Shown: positions 38,094 through 47,192 of the stretch, in pieces
Layout: each line of letters starts with the position of its first letter
Numbering within the stretch: position 1 is the stretch's first letter
IMG/VR virus record: IMGVR_UViG_3300031539_000002
Source: a virus
Length of the DNA: 64,000 bases
Reading direction: 5' to 3' (one strand)
Program-made: the position numbers and the translations under genes
Notes under the pieces: model-generated
The model's database searches: none
What the model was told of the DNA's origin: nothing
The model's input: the letters and a program-made list of their open reading frames with translations, nothing else

Positions 38094-41000
38094 ACGACTG
38101 GACCGACTTTTTCTTGCAGAGGGCGCCTCGCCGAGCTGCAACGCAAACGCGGGTCGCACATGCTCGAGTTGCGCTCTCGATTTTTGACTCGCCAGATTCG
38201 GTTGAGCCTAAGTCTGAGGAAAAACCCGAACCGAAGCCTGAACCTCCGAAGGCAGAGAAGCCCGCGCCCGAACCTCCGAAGGCAGAGAAGCCCGCGCCTG
38301 AGCCTCCGAAGGCAGAGCCTCCCGCGAGTGTCTTCGATGCCCCGAGCCCTGATGCGGCGAAACCCAAAGAGAAGCCTGCCAAACCCAAGGCAGAGAAGCC
38401 GTCAGGGAGCAAGTGGCTTGAGTTTTTGGGCATCTTCTACGAGCAGGGCAAGAAGACGGTCAAAAACCCGAACCCGAAGACCGCCAAGAAGTACCCGGAG
38501 GTCATGTTCACCACGGCCATGAAGTTCAAGCCCTTCTCGGCTCAGGTGGCGAAGGAGTTTCAGGCGTGGCTGCAACAGGGAGGCGAGAAGCCCGCGAGCA
38601 AGCCTACGACTCCCGAACCTGAGGACGATTCGTACACGAACGAACAGTACGATGACGAACTCGGTTCCATCATCGATGAGTGGGAGAGCACCGACGGGGA
38701 CTTCAAAGAACTCGAAAGCATTGGCATGAAGTTCTGGGGTGACAAGTGGAACCCCGACATGCACGGGGAGATGCTCACTACGGTTAAGGAGCATTTCGAG
38801 TACGCGCTTGAAGATGCTCAAAGCCAGGGTGACGGCACAGGCTTTTACGAAGAGCAGATCGAGGAGGTTCAGAAGAAGATCGACGGACTCAAGAGCAAGT
38901 CCGAAGCTGAGGTGAAGAAGCCCGAGCCCAAGAAGGACAAACCCAAGAAACTCCCGAAGAAGCCGATCAAGAAGGTCCAAGGATGGGGACTCGCTCCGGG
39001 CATGACCGTCAAGCAGGACGGCAAGCCGAAGACGGTGAAGAGCGTGTCCTTCAAAGACGGATTGCAGATCGAGTTCGATGACGGTTCAAAGTGGTCTCCA
39101 GGTTTCGATGACAAGATCGAGGTCTTCGCGGAGGACGAGGCTACCCCCCTTGAGCACGGTGACAAGGTGACATCTGGTTCACAGCTCACGCCGGATCTCA
39201 TCCTCCGTCGTGGAAGCCAGACGGTCCAGGTAGTGAAGAGGATGCCTGACGGTCGAGTTCGTATCCGTCTCTTCAAGAAAGACGGGACTTGGGCGAAGGG
39301 CACCAAGTACTGGCCTGCCACTTGGGCCCATATTTCAATGCCCGCGCAGGAGTGGGAAGTCATCGGTGACCCCACCAAAGAGGCAGAACCGCCTAAGGAG
39401 AAATTGAAGGTCGGCGACAAGGTGCCTGACGCTTTTCATTTGTCGCCCGGTGACATCGTGTCCGTCAAGACCTACGGCACCGACTACGCCTACAAGATCG
39501 AGAAGGTCATGGCTGACGGCTCGTTGCGTATCTACCGACACGGGAGTGGGGACACTTGGTATGGGCCCCATAAGTGGAGCGCACACCAGGCAAAAAAACT
39601 GTTCAATTCGGACGATTCAAAGATCATCGAGCACCCCGATATCCAGGCGAAGAAGGACAAAGAGGAGGCTGAGGCAAAGGCCAAGATTCAGGCCGAGGAG
39701 TATGCCAAGGCTAAGGCCAAGAAGGAAAAGGAGAAGGCTGAGAAGGCCAAGAAGATCGAGGCCAACCGCCCGAAGCCGAAAAAGGGCAAACACGTCACTG
39801 CTCTGGACTCCGTGAAACTCGGTGATGCAATCACATGGGAGCACGAAGGCAAAACCTACGTCGGGCGTGTGTCCGACCAAGAGGGCAAGAACTTCTACGT
39901 TGCCACGGTGGACCCCAAGACGGGGGTGCAGGATGGTCTTTTCGCGCTCGGTGAGTACGATCTTCTACGGCTCCCGGTGGCACAGATCAGCGAATCTGAT
40001 TTGCCCCCTTCTGCGAAAGCCAAGCTTGCTCCGAAGCCCACGAAACCGGTGCCCCCCGAAGCACCCAAGCTCCCGAAGGCACCTGAGCCTCCGAAGTCGA
40101 AAAAGATCACAGAACCCTCTGAGGTCAAGGTCGGTGACTACGTCGAGTGGGAGCTCAAGGACAAAACCTACCGCGGGAAGGTCGTCTCATTTGATGAGGA
40201 CGGGAAGTTCCGTGCGAAGATCGACTGGCCTGAGGGTACGGGCAGCCTCGGCAAAACTCCGAGTTTCGATGCGAAGAAGATCGTCGATCGCGGCACCAGG
40301 GTCATCGACCCCGGGGCGATGGCGAAGTACGACGAGGTCAAGACCAAGCACGACAAGGAGGTCTCTGACCTGCAGGGTGCCCATCAGAAGGCGGTCGCCA
40401 AGCAGGACGCCAAGTTCCAGGAAGCGATGTCTGCTTGGCAGACACAGAAGGACCAGATTGAGGGCAAATCGTGGGTGCCCAAGCGTCCCGTCAAACGCGA
40501 GCAGGGCGAGAACATCCCGAGCGCGCCCGAGGCGTGGGACCACGATCATCCCATCATGGAGCAGGCATTCGATCTCGTGGACGAATACTCGACGAAGTAC
40601 GCGAGCTTCTTCGCTGAGAAGCGCAAGGAACTCGAGAAGAAGGCACAGTCTTCAACCGTCGGAGGCAGTTCTACAGCCGCGAAACAGATGTGGGATGAGA
40701 GGTCGATGGGCGAGAAGATGCTCGCCATCGGTGCTCATGACTTCGGGCACAAGTTCATGGAGGACGTGCTCACTCCTACAGAGCGCCAAAAGTTCTACGA
40801 TTACATTGGCAACTGGCAGGGATCTTCGGGCTCCGCCGGGGGCCACAAGCTGATGGGAGCGCTCGAGGCCATGGGAGTTGAGGGCAAGATGAAGGCCCAT
40901 GACAAGGGCAAAGAGCCTTACCGTGCGGAGGGCGCCCAAGACAAGGTGCTCCAGACTGCCATCGCCAAGGCCATGGCGTACACGCAAGCAGTAGGGGATG

Positions 41001-41836
41001 CGCTTGGTGTGGAAGAGATCACTTTGTATCGGGGAGGGAAATCATCGACCTCTAGCCTGTCATCCGCCAAGGCTGGACAGATGGTGGCGCTCCCCAATGC
41101 TCGGGAACTGACCAGTTTCAGCGCGAGCCCTTCTACTGCTTACGGGTTCGGAATGTACCAAATGAGGTCCCGTGTCCCGATCAGCCGTCTTTTCCTCTCC
41201 CCCATCACGTACCCCAAATTGGGTGCCGGAAGTGGGTCGGGCTCAGGATACGGCGAGAATGAATTTATCGTTGCCGGCATTGCGGGAGATGGGGTCCAAA
41301 GGATGCCCCCGTCGATGTCGGATTACGACCCGGTTGTCATGAACGCCCCGTCCAAGAAAGCAGCATCAATGAAGACCGCCGCGGATGAGGATGAGGATTG
41401 GGACGACGACCACGAAGATTGGAGCAAGCACATGGAAGACACCCGTACCAACAAGAAAACCGCTGTGAGGATTTTGCGGCTCGCCAAGAACAACGACAAG
41501 TTCCGTGATGAGCTGCTCGGCGCTATGCGTCGAGTCAATGCCCCTCGAGACTTCGCCGTCGAACAAGAAGCGCAGCAGGTTCTGCTCGCACACCTGCAAG
41601 CTGGCGACGTTGTGCGATTCGCTTTCCGAACCTCCGAGAACGCGCCCGCCGAAGAAGAGACGCGTGTTGCTTTGTTCGACTACGACCCCGCCAACCGGGG
41701 CGTCGAACTTTCGACTGAGGGCAGTGGTCGTGCGATGCTCGAGGACCGGGGACAAAATGAAGGGGTGGTCTACATCCCGAGCTCAGGGCCGGCCCGTCCT
41801 CTGCTCAAAATCACGCACGTTCGTTCGCGGATCTAG
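38090..41836 (+). CDS. 1248-aa polyvalent protein with SH3/KOW-like repeats and ADP-ribosyltransferase; paralog of preceding gene
   Basis: Same N-terminus (W..FFL, VALSIFD.PDS), NPN..YPEV, WQGSSG, LYRG..ELTSFS..ENEFIV. Confidence 0.7.
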   Translation: MNDWTDFFLQRAPRRAATQTRVAHARVALSIFDSPDSVEPKSEEKPEPKPEPPKAEKPAPEPPKAEKPAPEPPKAEPPASVFDAPSPDAAKPKEKPAKPKAEKPSGSKWLEFLGIFYEQGKKTVKNPNPKTAKKYPEVMFTTAMKFKPFSAQVAKEFQAWLQQGGEKPASKPTTPEPEDDSYTNEQYDDELGSIIDEWESTDGDFKELESIGMKFWGDKWNPDMHGEMLTTVKEHFEYALEDAQSQGDGTGFYEEQIEEVQKKIDGLKSKSEAEVKKPEPKKDKPKKLPKKPIKKVQGWGLAPGMTVKQDGKPKTVKSVSFKDGLQIEFDDGSKWSPGFDDKIEVFAEDEATPLEHGDKVTSGSQLTPDLILRRGSQTVQVVKRMPDGRVRIRLFKKDGTWAKGTKYWPATWAHISMPAQEWEVIGDPTKEAEPPKEKLKVGDKVPDAFHLSPGDIVSVKTYGTDYAYKIEKVMADGSLRIYRHGSGDTWYGPHKWSAHQAKKLFNSDDSKIIEHPDIQAKKDKEEAEAKAKIQAEEYAKAKAKKEKEKAEKAKKIEANRPKPKKGKHVTALDSVKLGDAITWEHEGKTYVGRVSDQEGKNFYVATVDPKTGVQDGLFALGEYDLLRLPVAQISESDLPPSAKAKLAPKPTKPVPPEAPKLPKAPEPPKSKKITEPSEVKVGDYVEWELKDKTYRGKVVSFDEDGKFRAKIDWPEGTGSLGKTPSFDAKKIVDRGTRVIDPGAMAKYDEVKTKHDKEVSDLQGAHQKAVAKQDAKFQEAMSAWQTQKDQIEGKSWVPKRPVKREQGENIPSAPEAWDHDHPIMEQAFDLVDEYSTKYASFFAEKRKELEKKAQSSTVGGSSTAAKQMWDERSMGEKMLAIGAHDFGHKFMEDVLTPTERQKFYDYIGNWQGSSGSAGGHKLMGALEAMGVEGKMKAHDKGKEPYRAEGAQDKVLQTAIAKAMAYTQAVGDALGVEEITLYRGGKSSTSSLSSAKAGQMVALPNARELTSFSASPSTAYGFGMYQMRSRVPISRLFLSPITYPKLGAGSGSGSGYGENEFIVAGIAGDGVQRMPPSMSDYDPVVMNAPSKKAASMKTAADEDEDWDDDHEDWSKHMEDTRTNKKTAVRILRLAKNNDKFRDELLGAMRRVNAPRDFAVEQEAQQVLLAHLQAGDVVRFAFRTSENAPAEEETRVALFDYDPANRGVELSTEGSGRAMLEDRGQNEGVVYIPSSGPARPLLKITHVRSRI
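38237..38326 (+). repeat. 30-bp tandem repeat x3 (PEPPKAEKPA)
   Basis: CC(T/C)GA(A/G)CCTCCGAAGGCAGAG..CCCGCG three times in frame. Confidence 0.9.
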
Positions 41837-42009
41837 TCTTCGTCCTTCCAGCTCGCGTCTTTCACCCACGGGTGGTCAGGCCCGGCGCCACGGCACAGTT
41901 CGTGGTCGTCGGGCGTCCATTTTGTGCGCCCCGTACTTCGCTTCCCTCGCTTGAGAGCCATCTCGGCCTTGAAGGCTTCGCTCCTGTCCTCGTAGGGGCC
42001 GTACAAGGC
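41833..42009 (-). pseudogene. Orphaned 3' half of the SLX1-like GIY-YIG gene
   Basis: Translates ALYGPYEDRSEAFKAEMALKRGKR..W...LCRG, preceded by an in-frame TGA; homologous to the C-half of 42755-43114. Confidence 0.8.
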
Positions 42010-42033
42010 TCAAAAGTCTCGGTAGAATGTCGT

Positions 42034-42783
42034 GTGAGACGCATCGAACTTCCACCGATTACAGTACAGACACGACGTGGTGGTCTGTATGTGGTCTGGC
42101 TCTCGGACACCCACTATTACGGAGGAAGGGCCGTGTATTTTCGGGCCCGGTGGCGCCGTCACCTGACTCAATTTGAGCAAGGGAAACATCCCAACCGATA
42201 CGCTCAAGCGGTGTTTGACAAGCACGGGAAATTTGTGCCCGAGGTCCTCCAGACGTTGCCTACTAACGAACAAGTGACAGCGGAGAAGGGGTGGCTCGAT
42301 TCTCATTTCGGCAAGACAGGGTGTGTGAATCTTAGCCAAAGTCCTGTGAACAACACGCATGTCAGTGAAGCGGCTCGGCGCAAGATTTCGAAGGCCCACA
42401 AGGGTCGCAAACATACGCCCGAAGCGATTCGAAGGAGCTCCGAGTCGCGGCGCGGAATGAAGGCATCGGAGGAGGCTCGGCACAACAATTCTCGCGCGCA
42501 GACCGGCAAGAAAATGTCTCTGGAGGCGCGCCAGAACATGTCCCGGTCCAGCGCACGCAAAGGGAGTCCCATCACGGACAGCATGAGAGAAGCCACCATC
42601 GCATCCAACAAAGCTAGACGCGGTGAGACCCGGTCAGAATCTGTACGGCAGCATCTCTCCGAAGTGGTTTCAAAGCTGGTTTGGGTTTGCAACGAGTCGA
42701 GTTCTCGACGTGTGTTGCCGTCAAAAGTCCCTGCTCTTCTGGGACAGGGATGGATTAAGGGTCGGAAATATCGGAATCGTTGA
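42034..42783 (+). mobile_element. GIY-YIG homing endonuclease with NUMOD3 repeats
   Basis: GLYVV..YYGGR..RWRRH; SEAARRKISKAHKGRKHTPEA-type repeats. GG-TAGAAT lies 5 nt before GTG 42034. Confidence 0.8.
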
Positions 42784-43114
42784 TTTCGGCAACCCGAGGA
42801 TCGCCGGCCCCTAGCCCGCGACACCATGGGCTGTTCTCGGGGGACCAACGGCAGCGTGCCTCTCCTCGTCTCCCTTTTTTCAAAGTGTACTCAGCCTTCA
42901 GTGCCTCCGAACGGTTGCTGTACGGTCCGTAAATCGCTTTCATTCTCCACGGACGTTTGGTGGAGGTGTAGCGCCCGCCGCCTTTGATCTCGCCGTTGTG
43001 CTGCCTCAGGCGCCTTGAGGGCTCCGTTGTAGATCCCACGTAGAAGAACCCCGGTGCCGGCTTCCCCTTCGTGAATCTCGGTTGCTCGCTTTGTATGACG
43101 TAGACCCACCACAT
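42755..43114 (-). CDS. Small SLX1/UPF0213-like GIY-YIG nuclease
   Basis: WVYVI..FYVGSTTEPSRRLRQHNGEIKGGGRYT..RPW..RSEALKAEY. Confidence 0.8.
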   Translation of the reverse strand: MWWVYVIQSEQPRFTKGKPAPGFFYVGSTTEPSRRLRQHNGEIKGGGRYTSTKRPWRMKAIYGPYSNRSEALKAEYTLKKGRRGEARCRWSPENSPWCRGLGAGDPRVAEINDSDISDP

Positions 43115-43156
43115 GGCGCTGTTCCCCCTATAGGGAGGGGTTGGATGGAGGCATCC

Positions 43157-43795
43157 ATGAACAAGGTACTCACTTCGCTCACCGTCATTCTCATGTTCTT
43201 CATGACGGGTTGCCCTCACGGGCTCCCTGACGGGATCGCTGGCCCTCCCTCCTACGAGAACGGCGCTCCGCAAGATCCTCACTACGAGGAGATGGCGATG
43301 CGCACGTCCGAGATGGCGCCCGCGGGGGCCATCCCTTCGGACCCCCATGAGGCGTGGCTCCTGGCGATGCAGGAGATCGAGGACAACGGAATTCGTATCG
43401 TCCCGAAAGCCGAGGGGATTGAGAAGTGGGACAAGTTCACGACCACGTTCCCGAGCAAGATCTTCGTTTCCAAGGATTGGGACGAGAAAAGCGAAGCTAC
43501 CCAGGCGATCGTCCTGTGGCACGAGATCGTTCACCTGCGTGAGTACGACGCACACACGCCGCTCGTGATGGGAGTGATTTACCTCAGCGTTTCGGAAGCT
43601 CGATGGGCACTTGAAGTGCAGGCGTACCGAGAGAGCTTCCGAGTGATGCGTCTCTTCGGGATGGCCGAGGAAGAGATCCAGAAGCAAATGCGCCCTCGTG
43701 CCGAGTCCCTCTACGTGGGTTACGATCTCTCGACGATGCCGAAGGACTACGCGCTCGACAAGGCTGTCGAGATCTGGATGCTCGACGCCCCGTAG
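43157..43795 (+). CDS. Lipoprotein with HExxH zincin-like motif
   Basis: GGAGG RBS; MNKVLTSLTVILMFFMTGC; LWHEIVHLRE..ALEVQAY. Confidence 0.6.
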   Translation: MNKVLTSLTVILMFFMTGCPHGLPDGIAGPPSYENGAPQDPHYEEMAMRTSEMAPAGAIPSDPHEAWLLAMQEIEDNGIRIVPKAEGIEKWDKFTTTFPSKIFVSKDWDEKSEATQAIVLWHEIVHLREYDAHTPLVMGVIYLSVSEARWALEVQAYRESFRVMRLFGMAEEEIQKQMRPRAESLYVGYDLSTMPKDYALDKAVEIWMLDAP

Positions 43796-43812
43796 CGTCG
43801 GTAGTGTCTACG

Positions 43813-44400
43813 GTGGCTTCGCGCTCCACCATCAGTCGCAAAGCCCTCGAACGTCTGTACCCCGGTGCTGACCTCGAGGGCTTTGTGCCGACACATTGGG
43901 TCGAAGTCCTAGACGGTCGAAGTCGGAAGGTGCTGCACGAAGACGCGGTTGTTCTCGGCGAGCCCGAGGGCCAGCACGGCATCCGTTACGCACACACACC
44001 AAGAGTTGAAGAGCCGAAGTACGCTTGCATCCCTCCTGAGCGTTGGCAGTGTCTTGAGCGACACGGCATGGTGCGTGCTCGAGTGGTGAAGTACGTCCCC
44101 GACTACGTGTTGCCTACCGACCGCATGGGCAACGTCTACTTCGTGCAGAGTTCAGGGCCTGCGGCTCCAATCAAGATCGGTTGGTCGCAAGATGTTGAGC
44201 GCCGTATCGCGGAACTCCAGACTGCAAACGCCCACAAGCTCGTGTTGCTAGGGACCGTGGCCGGGACCATGGAAAGAGAGGCTGCGCTGCACGCACAGTT
44301 CGCTTACTTACGCATGGAAGCTGAATGGTTCCGAAACGCGCCTGAGATTCACGCATTCATCGCGGCGAACGGTAGCGTGCCTATACGCGGCCAGGAGTAA
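43813..44400 (+). CDS. Protein with C-terminal T5orf172/MUG113-type GIY-YIG domain
   Basis: VYFVQ..IKIGWS..RRIAELQTAN..E..LH..F..EWF; GG-TAGTGT 5 nt before GTG. Confidence 0.7.
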   Translation: MASRSTISRKALERLYPGADLEGFVPTHWVEVLDGRSRKVLHEDAVVLGEPEGQHGIRYAHTPRVEEPKYACIPPERWQCLERHGMVRARVVKYVPDYVLPTDRMGNVYFVQSSGPAAPIKIGWSQDVERRIAELQTANAHKLVLLGTVAGTMEREAALHAQFAYLRMEAEWFRNAPEIHAFIAANGSVPIRGQE

Positions 44401-44405
44401 GCGTC

Positions 44406-44771
44406 ATGGGTGTCGAGTCCAAAGTACTGCGGTTGCCCGTCCCACAAGAGAAGGTCACCTGCCATCTGACGGTGCCGCGTTTCGACAACGTCATCGCGCT
44501 CGAGGAGGATGTGCCCACGGGCCTGTCTGCGATAGCCACACAGATGGAGCGCGTCGCGGAACAGTTCGATGGTCTTGCTCGAGTGTTCGAGGACTGCCCT
44601 GACGCGAGCTACACCCCTGAAACTTGTTTCATCAACGGACAGCTCACCTTCGTTTTCCAGATCCCTCGTAATCGGGTCCAGCGCCTTCGTGAGTTGGGTT
44701 GGAGTGTCGAGGATCTCGACATCAAAGGCGAGGGTACAGTGCCAAGCAGACCTGAGATTTCAGATGCCTAA
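44406..44771 (+). CDS. Hypothetical protein
   Basis: AGGAG RBS; 121 aa. Confidence 0.55.
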   Translation: MGVESKVLRLPVPQEKVTCHLTVPRFDNVIALEEDVPTGLSAIATQMERVAEQFDGLARVFEDCPDASYTPETCFINGQLTFVFQIPRNRVQRLRELGWSVEDLDIKGEGTVPSRPEISDA

Positions 44772-45057
44772 TCCAGAACACATCGACGTGAACGTCGAGG
44801 AAGGCGTCAAGTTCGGCGTCTTCGCAAATGCTTTCCGTGTTGTCGAAGAAGCGGGCCCCGACTGCTTTCTCGACTTCATGGTGTATTCGGCAGCAGAGCA
44901 CGAGGCGACCGTGGTAGCCCGAGTACGAGTCCGCAGGGAGTTTTTGGATGGCATCCGGGACAAACTGGGCGATGCGATGGTGACCTTCTCAGAGGGGGCC
45001 CCAGAGGGCATAGGGCCTCAAATTGCTTATCGAAAGGCTAAGGAGCCTGTGCACTGA
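44764..45057 (+). CDS. Hypothetical protein (DUF3467-like)
   Basis: GVFANAFRV..CFLDF..VVARV. Confidence 0.45.
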   Translation: MPNPEHIDVNVEEGVKFGVFANAFRVVEEAGPDCFLDFMVYSAAEHEATVVARVRVRREFLDGIRDKLGDAMVTFSEGAPEGIGPQIAYRKAKEPVH

Positions 45058-45119
45058 ACCCCGGCGAGGAAGGCCGGTAAGGTGTTCCAGGCTGGTTTTT
45101 ACGAACCAGGACGAGGCTC

Positions 45120-46724
45120 ATGTCGGAGATTCCTTTCCAAGTCAACGAATTCCGAACGTACCAAGTGGTGCGTAGCGGCATCTCTTTCGGGTTCATCGAC
45201 ACCGCGCGTGGTGGATACAACCCCAATCAGGGGGAGAAGTTCCAATACGACGGGACGACTGTGATCCTCCACGATGGACGCGAGTTCACGGATGCGCCGC
45301 AGCTCAGGAGCGCCATCCGAGAAGGATGGATCTCACCAGTCGGCGACAAGGTGACGACCTATCGCCCGAAGGCTGCCGGTATCCAAGTGCGTCCTGCTGA
45401 GTCTCGCGGCCGAGATCTCCCTATCAAGACCACCATCGAAACCGAACGGGCCGAAGAGAGCACGGTGGTTTCAGTGGCAGAGCGCAAGAGGAATCGAGAG
45501 GCCGTCAACGCGGAAGCTACTCGCAAGGTTCCGTTCCAATCGCAAGAGGCACGAACCGCGATGGAGGCCCCGCCGGCAGCCCTGCCTGGTTGGGACAGCG
45601 GAGACGACGAGATCAACGAGCTCGCGGGTCTCTTCGATGAGGAGATGACTGTCTTTGAATCCGAGGACGGCGCGCCCGAGGAGGAGATCGAGGAAGACGA
45701 CTCCGAAGCCGAAGTGCTTGCGCAGGCCGAAGCTGACATCCTCGAGATGCTCAATGCCGTCGAGGACAACGACACCCCCGCGCCACGTCAGAGGGGGGCT
45801 ACGCGGCCCCCGCTTCCTGCCACCCCGCAAGCGGCCGGCCCCTCGGCTCGAGGGATGCCAATTGACAATCAAGATGCGCGCCCCGTGATGCCTATCGTTC
45901 GTGAGAACGTGTCGGAGAACTCCGGGGAAGTCGTTGGCAGGGTCGGCGATCAGAACAAGATCGTCGTTGAACGCGAGAAGGAGTTCGCGCTTAATGTGGC
46001 GAGGGCCACCCCGGAGAACAAGAGCCCGGCCCCTAAGCCGAGGTTCGGAGGGGTGGGCGCGATCGTTCACGATGAGCAGCGCGACATGGGGCAGATTTCC
46101 CTGTCGAGCAACACCCCTGCGATCAAGCTCGATGAGTCTGCCGCAGTCTCGAGCAGTACCAGCGAGACGATTCGCATGAGCGACAGCGCTCAGGTGGGGC
46201 CTCACAACAAGACTGCGAGGAAGGTGATCCAGACGGATCAGGGCGTTGCGGTGGGTCGCATTTTGACTCCTACGCATCAGAGCTTCACGGCGGACTCCCG
46301 CAACACGTCTGCCTCAGCGATTCAGCGGACGGCTGAAGGGGGTCGCCCGAAAGTAGAGAAGTACGCCGTCGAGCGCGAGGACGCCCCCGTTGTCGTAGCC
46401 AAGGCCACAGGGGACGTTCAAGAGGTTCGAGCTGGAGATACCCTTGAGGAGTTGCTCCCCGATGCTGCCAAGCCCGCGGCCGAGGTCTACAGGCGCCCTG
46501 AGAACGATCCGGCCTACGAGGCAATCAGGATGCTGATCCCTGATTTCAAGTGGAACAAGGACCGTCCGGTCAAAGAACGGGTCGCAGATGCCCTCAAGAA
46601 GGTCAAGGAGCCCATGTACGTGAAGGGCATTTTGGCGGTCGAGACCGAACTGGCTCGAGAAGAGATCAAGAAGGGGCTATCGGCACTTCTTGAAAAGACG
46701 AAGGCCAAAAAGGCCCAAGCATAG
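45120..46724 (+). CDS. Hypothetical protein, 534 aa
   Basis: Long ORF, phage-like codon use, acidic centre. Confidence 0.65.
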   Translation: MSEIPFQVNEFRTYQVVRSGISFGFIDTARGGYNPNQGEKFQYDGTTVILHDGREFTDAPQLRSAIREGWISPVGDKVTTYRPKAAGIQVRPAESRGRDLPIKTTIETERAEESTVVSVAERKRNREAVNAEATRKVPFQSQEARTAMEAPPAALPGWDSGDDEINELAGLFDEEMTVFESEDGAPEEEIEEDDSEAEVLAQAEADILEMLNAVEDNDTPAPRQRGATRPPLPATPQAAGPSARGMPIDNQDARPVMPIVRENVSENSGEVVGRVGDQNKIVVEREKEFALNVARATPENKSPAPKPRFGGVGAIVHDEQRDMGQISLSSNTPAIKLDESAAVSSSTSETIRMSDSAQVGPHNKTARKVIQTDQGVAVGRILTPTHQSFTADSRNTSASAIQRTAEGGRPKVEKYAVEREDAPVVVAKATGDVQEVRAGDTLEELLPDAAKPAAEVYRRPENDPAYEAIRMLIPDFKWNKDRPVKERVADALKKVKEPMYVKGILAVETELAREEIKKGLSALLEKTKAKKAQA

Positions 46725-46772
46725 CTGCGGTTCGGTTTTCTGCCGATGGGCCGCCCCCTGTGAAGGCGGTCC

Positions 46773-47189
46773 ATGTCCTTTTCACGAAATGCCGGTAGCC
46801 AAGCAGGCTGGGCTCTCATCACGGGTGGCGTAAACACCGCCCGTGTCGAGGTTCACCGTCTGCATCAGCTCCTCAACAAGGTTCTCGAGCTCGTGGAGTC
46901 GAGTCCTCAAAAGGAGCACCTCTACCAGGTTGCCGGCGATCTTATCGTGAACTTTCCGAAGTGCGTTGAGAAGATCGAGCACCAGCTTGACGAGACTGGC
47001 TACGCGCTTTCGGTGATGGGCAAGGACCATCTCAAAGATCGCCTCCCACTGTCCCGACGCAATATCGTGGATCAGACAGTCGAAGGAGCGCGGGCGTTCG
47101 GAGCTCCGATGCCGCGTACCTCGGCTGAGCGTGTACTCGAGAAGTACCTGGCCCAGAGAGTGGCGAAGCGACACGCCGAGGGGGAGTAG
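46773..47189 (+). CDS. Hypothetical helical protein
   Basis: Follows a class II promoter motif; C-terminal AQRVAKRH. Confidence 0.6.
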   Translation: MSFSRNAGSQAGWALITGGVNTARVEVHRLHQLLNKVLELVESSPQKEHLYQVAGDLIVNFPKCVEKIEHQLDETGYALSVMGKDHLKDRLPLSRRNIVDQTVEGARAFGAPMPRTSAERVLEKYLAQRVAKRHAEGE

Positions 47190-47192
47190 CCG

